Shown one piece after another: positions 57,313-64,000 of a stretch of DNA of 64,000 nucleotides (positions are counted from its first letter, which is position 1; each line of letters starts with the position of its first letter). The DNA lies in IMG/VR virus record IMGVR_UViG_3300036861_000507, positions 1-64,000 of that record. One strand, 5' to 3'. A model generated the notes under the pieces. It saw nothing but the letters and a program-made list of their open reading frames with translations. It was not told the DNA's origin and made no database searches. The stretch is from a virus. The position numbers and the translations under genes are program-made.

Positions 57313-58190
57313 CCTGCCGACACCACCGCAAGTTCCGCCACCCCAGCGCCTGCAAATTGTGCCGCGCGGACACGAGTGACACCATACCGCTCGCACCGTC
57401 TGAGCGCGCGAAGATGGAACTCTCCAAGCGTGGACGGATTGCATCGCAATTGCGCTTGGCGCTCGGCGACGAAAAGCCGGCGACTCGTGTCACCGCCGAG
57501 CCGCCGCCCCAGCCAGCCCATCGCCGGGCCCGGCCGCGGCACCTGGCCCTGGTGCTCGCCCTGCTGCTCCTGGGCGTGCTGCTGGGCCTGCCGACGCCAG
57601 CCTGGGCACAGGTCGAATCCCACCCCGACTGGAAGGCCATCCGGGCACGCCAGGTCGGCAAGTGGGTGTGGCAGTGCCGGGAATGGCCGGTCGGTTGCGC
57701 CTGGGAGTATCGGCGGCGCTGGGTGCGGCGCTACCGGCCTCCGGTCTACAGCTACGTGCGCCGCGATCGCGACGAGGACGACGTGCCGGAGCGCGCCAAC
57801 TGCCTGTGGCACCATCCGCTCGTGCGCGCCACGGGCGACGACAAGCTGACCGACAACGACGCCAAGATCAGCGCCCAGGATCGATGGTCGATCGAGGTCG
57901 AGACGCGCTATGGCACGCGCTACTCGGGCATCGACAATGCCGAGCGCTTGACGACCGCGTGCGTGAAGAAGGTGCCGACCAGCACGATCGAGAAGGGTCA
58001 GGCGGGTTTGGGCATCCGGCATTTCGTGTGCACTGTCGAAGCCGTGCCGTGCCCGCCCGACAAAATCCACGAGGATGTAACGAAGCGCCGCTCCGAGAAG
58101 ATCAGCGAGGATGTGGGGCGGCGCAACGATCCGCGCTGGGACGAGGAGCCGCCGAGGAAGCGCTGGTACCAGCGCTACAGGAGGCAGTGA
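57309..58190 (+). CDS. Hypothetical exported/membrane protein
   Basis: Hydrophobic stretch ending in AWA followed by a Cys-containing domain. Confidence 0.5.
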   Translation: MTCRHHRKFRHPSACKLCRADTSDTIPLAPSERAKMELSKRGRIASQLRLALGDEKPATRVTAEPPPQPAHRRARPRHLALVLALLLLGVLLGLPTPAWAQVESHPDWKAIRARQVGKWVWQCREWPVGCAWEYRRRWVRRYRPPVYSYVRRDRDEDDVPERANCLWHHPLVRATGDDKLTDNDAKISAQDRWSIEVETRYGTRYSGIDNAERLTTACVKKVPTSTIEKGQAGLGIRHFVCTVEAVPCPPDKIHEDVTKRRSEKISEDVGRRNDPRWDEEPPRKRWYQRYRRQ

Positions 58191-58579
58191 TGAAACCGCT
58201 CTCCGCCTACGCCGCCAAGCGCGACGAAGCGCTCTGGCTGCGGGTCTACCGCAGCGATGCCCATGGCAAGCAAGGCGGGCGCTGCGCCTACTGCCGCTCG
58301 CCGATGCGCAAGCCACAGACGACGGCGGATCACGACCGGCCGCGCTCCGGCGGCGGCCTCACCAAGGCGGAAAACATCAAGGCAGCGTGCGAGCCCTGCA
58401 ACAACGCCAAGCGCTCGCGCACCGGCAAGGACTTCCGCAAGGCCATCTCGGGCCCACGACCAGATGGACCGTACTACGGGATCTGGCGCGCGTGGATGCG
58501 GCTGCGGCTCAGCAAGCGCATCGAGCAGGCCGAGCGGCGCATCTTGGGCGTCGTGGGGCTGAAGGAGGCCAACCCATGA
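58190..58579 (+). CDS. HNH endonuclease
   Basis: CAYC...TADH..PRS.GG....NI.AAC..CN..K. Confidence 0.8.
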   Translation: MKPLSAYAAKRDEALWLRVYRSDAHGKQGGRCAYCRSPMRKPQTTADHDRPRSGGGLTKAENIKAACEPCNNAKRSRTGKDFRKAISGPRPDGPYYGIWRAWMRLRLSKRIEQAERRILGVVGLKEANP

Positions 58580-59187
58580 GCGATGTAGCACCGAGACCGG
58601 CAATGTTCGTTGATGGAGAGCCGTGGTGGCATTTCCTCTACAGCTACGATTGGGAAGGCAAGACCTACGTCTTCGCAATCTGTGCGCGCTCCAGCGAAGA
58701 GGCGAATGCGCGATTGAAGCGGCTTCCGCTCGCCCGCTTCGATGGGCAGGCAGACGGCAATCCCATCCCCGCAAACGCTGCCACCGGCATCTACGTTCGT
58801 GCGCTCATCTGGTGGAGAAATTGGCGGAATGGGGGCGGGGTGTGATGTACGTCGAGCCGTCGCCGCATATGAAGCGCCGCGCACTGGAGCAAGTTCGCAC
58901 TGCCGGCCGCGACGGTCTGCTCGTCGATATAGGCTGGGAGAGCCGAACGCAGATGCACCTCGTCGCGGACGGTTTGCTGTGGCAGTCGGTGGCGCGCGGC
59001 GGCAAGTACAAGTTCGAGCTTACACCGCTAGGTCGGCGTGCATTGGAGCAAAACTGATGGGAGTGTGACTCGCCCGTCCTTGCACTGAGAGAGTCCGCCG
59101 AGTAAACGCTTACGGTTTGTAACCAGTTGCGTCGCCCGAGTTGAAACGGTCCGCGCTGTTCAGCGCATCACCTTGGAGACGCATCGC

Positions 59188-59898
59188 ATGAAACTCAAAC
59201 ACCTCTTCGCTCCCATCCTGGCGCTCGGTCTGTGCGCGGGGATCACCTCGGTTCAGGCCGAAACCATCCGCAACCGTACGCCCGCCACTGCCAACGTGTT
59301 CGCCGACGCGCCTGTCGCCAAGGTCAGTTGGACCGGAGTCTACGTGGGCCTGCACGGCGGCTACGGCGCCGCCAACGGCGAACTGAGCTTTGGGCCCGCC
59401 ACCATCGACGGCTTCTCCGCCACCGGTCCGGCCGGCGGCATCCATGTCGGCGCCGACGTGCAGATTCCCGGCTCCATGCTGGTCCTGGGCGCGCGCGGCG
59501 GCTACACCTGGGAGAACACCGAGTTCACCATCACCGCGCCCGGCGGCGCCTTCAAGGCCGGCATCGATCGCGGCTGGAACGCGGACGGCCGCATGGGTCT
59601 CGCGATGGGGACTGCCCTGCCCTACATTTTTGGGGGCTACACCAAGGTCGAGACCTCGGCCTCGCTGACGGGAGCGCCGGCCATCAGCACGCCAGACCTC
59701 AAGGGCTGGCGCGCCGGCGGCGGCGTCGAGTTCCGCCTGCCCAAGGTGGCCTCCGGCCCGGTCACGCCGACGCTCGCCCTCGAGTACATCTGGACCGATT
59801 TCAGCGACGTGACGCTGGGCACGGGTCCGTTTGCGCCCAACCTCAACGTCACCGAGCAGGTCGGCATGGTCAGGCTAAACCTGCGGTTCGGGCAGTAA
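59188..59898 (+). CDS. Outer-membrane beta-barrel protein (Omp25/RopB-like)
   Basis: Signal peptide, SWTGVYVGLHGGYG, GW.AGGGVE, terminal LNLRF. Confidence 0.85.
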   Translation: MKLKHLFAPILALGLCAGITSVQAETIRNRTPATANVFADAPVAKVSWTGVYVGLHGGYGAANGELSFGPATIDGFSATGPAGGIHVGADVQIPGSMLVLGARGGYTWENTEFTITAPGGAFKAGIDRGWNADGRMGLAMGTALPYIFGGYTKVETSASLTGAPAISTPDLKGWRAGGGVEFRLPKVASGPVTPTLALEYIWTDFSDVTLGTGPFAPNLNVTEQVGMVRLNLRFGQ

Positions 59899-59904
59899 GC
59901 AATC

Positions 59905-59946
59905 CCCCCTCACCCCAGCCCTCTCCCCCTCGAGGGGGAGAGGGGG
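59905..59946. repeat. REP-like palindromic element
   Basis: CCCTCACCCCAGCCCTCTCCCCCTCGAGGGGGAGAGGG hairpin of the type scattered in alphaproteobacterial genomes. Confidence 0.6.
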
Positions 59947-59967
59947 AACGCAACAGGAGACGCACGC

Positions 59968-60546
59968 ATGCTGGAACATCTAACGCCTGAGCAGAAGCTC
60001 CGAATGCACTGCCTCGCCATGGCCGTGCACTGCAACGAGGAGGTGACCGGCGAGATGCCGTTCATCATCGGCGACGCGGCAAGCGCCTACGATTTTGTCA
60101 TGCAAGGCGCAACGAAGCCCGCCAGCGAGGTCGCGCCCATCGGGGACACGATGGCCAAGATCGCCGACGCGGTGCTGCCGGCGGGGATCGCGCCGCTCAG
60201 CGACCCGTACACCGCGCGCGATCTGGCGCTGCCCAAGAGCAACGTCTTCAGGATGGCCGACCCCGGTGAGAGCCAGTTCTTGGGCGACCCCAAACCCAGC
60301 CCCGCCACCGACCCGGAGCCGACCCCAGAGCGCAAGCCGCGCGGACCCAGCAAGGCCGCACTGGCGAAGGCTGCCAAGGAAGCCAAGAAGGCCGAGCGTG
60401 CCAAGCGCAAGGCCGAGAAGGCGGCAACCAAGGACAGCGATACGGCAACGGTTTCCGAAGGGGAAAAAGACGCCCCCGTTGCCAACGGAGCCGGGGAGCA
60501 CACGTCGCCCATGCCGGTGGACGAACCGCAGCCGGTCGCGGCGTAA
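59968..60546 (+). CDS. Hypothetical protein with K/A-rich tract
   Basis: ORF with SD AGGAG. Confidence 0.55.
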   Translation: MLEHLTPEQKLRMHCLAMAVHCNEEVTGEMPFIIGDAASAYDFVMQGATKPASEVAPIGDTMAKIADAVLPAGIAPLSDPYTARDLALPKSNVFRMADPGESQFLGDPKPSPATDPEPTPERKPRGPSKAALAKAAKEAKKAERAKRKAEKAATKDSDTATVSEGEKDAPVANGAGEHTSPMPVDEPQPVAA

Positions 60547-61929
60547 CGGGAGCACCACGTGCAGAACAAGCGACAAGGCGAGCAGATGAAGCGGGCACGG
60601 TATCCGCGGCTGCTCGCCTTGCGTGCTGCTCGAGCGCAGCGGGAGGCGGTCATTCGCGAACCGCTGGAGCGGGAACTGCAAACCGCCGCGAGCATGATCC
60701 GCGAGCTCGGACACCAGTTGGATCAGTTGCGACGGTTCTTGGGGACCGAGATCAGCAAGCACGTCACGAAGCCGATCGGGCACGCGACCGGCAATGCGCT
60801 CCGGCGGGAGATCGTGCGAGCACTCTCCGCCGCAGGACGCAAAGTCGAGGGTGACGACTTGGTGCGGATGGAGTTCTCGGCTGCCGAACTGCGGTGGGCT
60901 GACCCGGATTCGGTGGAGCGCCGCGTCCTCGAGGATTGGAAGGCGCGCAGCGCCCCACATCTGCGGGTCACGTTCCCGAAAACCGGAGAACTCATGAAGG
61001 CATCCGACGTGACGGCGGTGCTCGACGTGCGCGTCCCCGAACTTGGCTATCGCCAGTACATCAACAACCACGCACTGGAGCGGGTGTGACATGGCGGACC
61101 ATCAAATGATCGACGACGCCTTCAGGGTCCGCCCTCCCTACGGAGCGATGCTCGCCGTCACCCTCGGTCTCGTATTGGGGCTGAGCACGGCCTGGCTGGT
61201 CTACGACTTCGTATCGGGCGGAGTAGTCGACTGGGGGCGGCAGATGGCGCAAGTCGCGAAGGTGAGGTGAGGCCACGATGACGACCCCCGCCACCTGCTG
61301 CCAGGACTGCGACCGCCCCTACGGGGCCGAGCACGGGTTCCCTGATCTCATCATCCCGTTCGACGTGTGGAAGCGCATCTCGCCGAGCGGCGACGAAGGT
61401 GGCCTGCTCTGCCCGTCGTGCATCTGCGCACGCCTACACAAGGCTGGCATCCGCTGCGAGGGCGCCTTCATGTCGGGGCCGATTGAGAGCGTGTCCTACC
61501 ACACCATGGATGCGCTACGCCGCATCGAGAACATCGAGCTTGCCATCAAGGGCCGGAACAACGCGTGGGGCGGAGTGAGGGAGATGGTGGAATGAGCCGG
61601 CTAGACAAGGTCACCCGCGTCGAGGTCATTGAGAAGGGCAGCGGCCGGGTGTACGTGCGCTACGGGGTGGAGAAATTGGAGTTGAGCGAGCAGGACGAGG
61701 GGCGGACGCTGAAGGTGTTCGTGGAGGCGCGGCTGGCAAGGCGGGCGAAGACGCACATGGTGAAGGGCATGACCCCGGGCGACAGAGCGGCACGCCGGGC
61801 AGCTTCGCAGATCGGGAAGCCCATCACCGGCACCTGGACCAAGCGGGACGACAAGACGGCCAAGTTCATGGACGTGAAGGCGGACCCCAAGCCGTTCAGG
61901 GGCGTGCGCAAGGGGAAGGGAGTCGTGTC

Positions 61930-62472
61930 ACGACCACGATCGCGGTGACCAAGCACGAGATCGCAGCCGATGGGCTGGTCCAGGAGGACGGCATCGTCAT
62001 GGAGCGCAACGGGCGCAAGATCATCGTCGAGGATCGGGTGATCTATGCGCTCGCCGGCACGACCGCCTGCCTTGCGCCGCTGATCGCCTGGCACAAAGCC
62101 GGCGCCGATGCGGACAAGCTGCCGAAGTTCGGCGACTGCCACTGGGCTCTGCTCGTCATCAAAGGGGGCCAAGCGCCCGTCGTCTACAGCCACCAGCTCC
62201 CCCATCCGGAGGAGCAGCGCTATCCGTTCGCGATGGGCAGCGGAAGGCTTCTGGCACGCTCTGCCATGCTGCTCGGCAAGACGGCGCGGCAGGCCGTAGA
62301 GTTCGCATGCGCCAATGATGTGCACTCGGGAGGTGACATCCTGGAGGTGAACATCCCCAAGGCGCTCGGCCTCTCGCAGCCCGGCGACGTGCCGGCGCAG
62401 AGCTATGTCCCGCATCCGGAAAAGCCCGGCAAATTCATCGTGCGGCAGACGAAGCGGGAGCGGGCGGCGTGA
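61930..62472 (+). CDS. Ntn-hydrolase/proteasome-beta-like protein
   Basis: (M)TTIAV...IAADG, GRKI, ALAG, AMGSG...A..AM..G..A..AV..A...DVHSGG; requires an ACG start at 61930. Confidence 0.7.
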   Translation, partial: TTTIAVTKHEIAADGLVQEDGIVMERNGRKIIVEDRVIYALAGTTACLAPLIAWHKAGADADKLPKFGDCHWALLVIKGGQAPVVYSHQLPHPEEQRYPFAMGSGRLLARSAMLLGKTARQAVEFACANDVHSGGDILEVNIPKALGLSQPGDVPAQSYVPHPEKPGKFIVRQTKRERAA

Positions 62473-62726
62473 TCGTCGACACGGCCACGGAGGCGGGCCA
62501 CATGCGCGGACTGAGCATTACATTGGCGGGAGCCGCAGCGGCGATCGCGATCGTCGGACGCACGTATCACATCGTCTGGCATCCAGAGTGGACAGAGCCT
62601 CAAGCACTGACGGAGCTGTGGATGGTGTGGACGCTCACGGTGTCGTGTGCTATCGCCGCGGTCGCCGCGTCGGCGATTGGTGGCCAGCGCTCGCACCTCT
62701 CCTGAACCCCTCCACCTTAGGACTGC

Positions 62727-63542
62727 ATGCCCTCCCCGCCCGATTCCCGACCCAAGCTCGCGGCCCCTCCCAAGGCCCAGCAGGTGCATGCCAAGAAGAA
62801 GAGCGGCGGCCTGCTCGGGTCGCTCCCGGGGTTGATGGGGGGGCGCAAGAAGAAGGGCAAGCGGGAAGCCTCCCCGCCGGTCCGCACCGCCACCACATCG
62901 GCAACCCCGACCACCGAGCGCAAGTACAAGGAGCCCTACGGGTGGCTGACGCAAGAGCACGTCGGCGGCCAGGTTGGATACCGGCCCAAGGTGTTCGTGG
63001 ACGTGTTCGATCATCACTTCGACGACGAGGACCGGGAATCGATCGCACTGCTGTTGGCGGCCTGGGAACTCGCCACGCGGGTCCGGGTGACCTCGGATCG
63101 GGCCTACACCGGCAAGCCGTTCACGGGCGGTGTCATCGATGTCGAGAGCGCGAAGGGGCCGACGCGCATCGGCCAGCGCCTGCTCACGGAGAAGAACCAG
63201 CAGGACCTGGAGATCTTCGCGCATGCCTACCAGCTGCTGGTCGCGGACTCCGCCGAATTCTGGGAGCCACTGAAGGCGCACGTGCTGCGCATCCCCGACG
63301 AGCGTACCGGCCGCCTCCCGACGATCGCCGATCTGGGGGCCGCGGTGACCGACTACAAGCTCGGGACCGACAACGCGACGGCCTCGGGGTTGGGCTTCAT
63401 GAAGGCCTGCATCAAGAGATGGCGGGAGTGCGTGCAGGGCGCGCACCGCATCGTCGGCTACAAGCGACGCCAACGACAAGAGCAGATGGCCAAGGCTGTC
63501 ACACAGCACGCCATGCGTGAGCAGGCGAAGCGGAGAGCTTGA
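62727..63542 (+). CDS. Hypothetical protein (possible late regulator position)
   Basis: Long ORF with typical codon usage at the end of the rightward operon. Confidence 0.5.
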   Translation: MPSPPDSRPKLAAPPKAQQVHAKKKSGGLLGSLPGLMGGRKKKGKREASPPVRTATTSATPTTERKYKEPYGWLTQEHVGGQVGYRPKVFVDVFDHHFDDEDRESIALLLAAWELATRVRVTSDRAYTGKPFTGGVIDVESAKGPTRIGQRLLTEKNQQDLEIFAHAYQLLVADSAEFWEPLKAHVLRIPDERTGRLPTIADLGAAVTDYKLGTDNATASGLGFMKACIKRWRECVQGAHRIVGYKRRQRQEQMAKAVTQHAMREQAKRRA

Positions 63543-63779
63543 CGCTCCTATCTTGCTGCTTTCTCACGGCGCCAAACCGCGACCGTGACCCAGATTGCGA
63601 CTGATGCCGTTCCGATAATCATGCTCGCCGCCCCGACGTAGTGTATGAGCGTTGCCGGCACGTCGATCGGGTCAACCAGGAACCAAAACGCGGCACCGAC
63701 CACGACGAGAAACAAGCCAGACAATCCGACGCGGATCGGTCCTATCTGTTCGCTGAAGGGCTCGCGCTCCATGATGCTC

Positions 63780-63986
63780 CTATCGTTCTGTCGATTTGCG
63801 CAAATCTTCCACCGAAGCCATGTCCCGCAAGTGGTCCTCGATGAGTGCTGCTATCCTGCGGTAGCCAGTCATCCAGTGCTGGCACGCGACGCCGCCAACC
63901 GCATACGGGCACGCGGTCTCCACCTCGCCGAGCTCGGCGGCTCGTTCGCCCATCTTCTGCCACTTGATGACCGAGCCCACGCGCAC
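63780..63986 (-). CDS. Rmf/CrpP-fold small protein
   Basis: G..A...G.....CPY.......W..GY pattern. Confidence 0.45.
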   Translation of the reverse strand: MRVGSVIKWQKMGERAAELGEVETACPYAVGGVACQHWMTGYRRIAALIEDHLRDMASVEDLRKSTER

Positions 63987-64000
63987 CTCCCTATCGGAAT

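Larger units (their letters stand above)
1..64000. mobile_element. Temperate podovirus-like phage genome segment (alphaproteobacterial host), attP-joined form
   Basis: Continuous phage gene set (portal, terminases, MCP, tail tube proteins, integrase, CI/Cro, ERF/YqaJ, replication); phage genes lie on both sides of the tRNA-derived att core; no host housekeeping genes seen. Confidence 0.93.

Overview
The whole window is one temperate podovirus-like phage of an alphaproteobacterial host (GcrA homologue, Omp25-like porin and a REP-like element suggest Hyphomicrobiales). It appears to be in the excised, attP-joined form. Left arm (minus strand): internal virion proteins, tail nozzle and adaptor, major capsid protein (MCP), scaffold, portal and large terminase. 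An ~18 kb block then separates terL from terS. It holds three paralogous GT-A-like glycosyltransferases, a GT2, three SAM methyltransferases, an SDR, an FAD oxidoreductase, a P-loop kinase, HNH endonucleases and several extra virion proteins. attP (3' half of tRNA-Thr) and the integrase follow, then the early recombination genes, an IS1341-like tnpB element, the CI/Cro switch, and replication and accessory genes. Main observations: (1) the tripeptide D-T-G occurs 29 times, plus 6 D-S-G, in five predicted outer virion proteins and is nearly absent from the other phage proteins scanned; with the sugar-modification cluster this suggests a phage-encoded, sequon-directed virion glycosylation system; (2) the MCP gene is split by a 261-nt ORF-less group I intron that appears to end in A rather than G; (3) two small accessory proteins carry short peptide copies of MCP segments; (4) two genes appear to start at ACG in a near-identical context; (5) the phage encodes a HiPIP-like Fe-S protein. 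All product calls come from motif recognition by eye; no database search was run.
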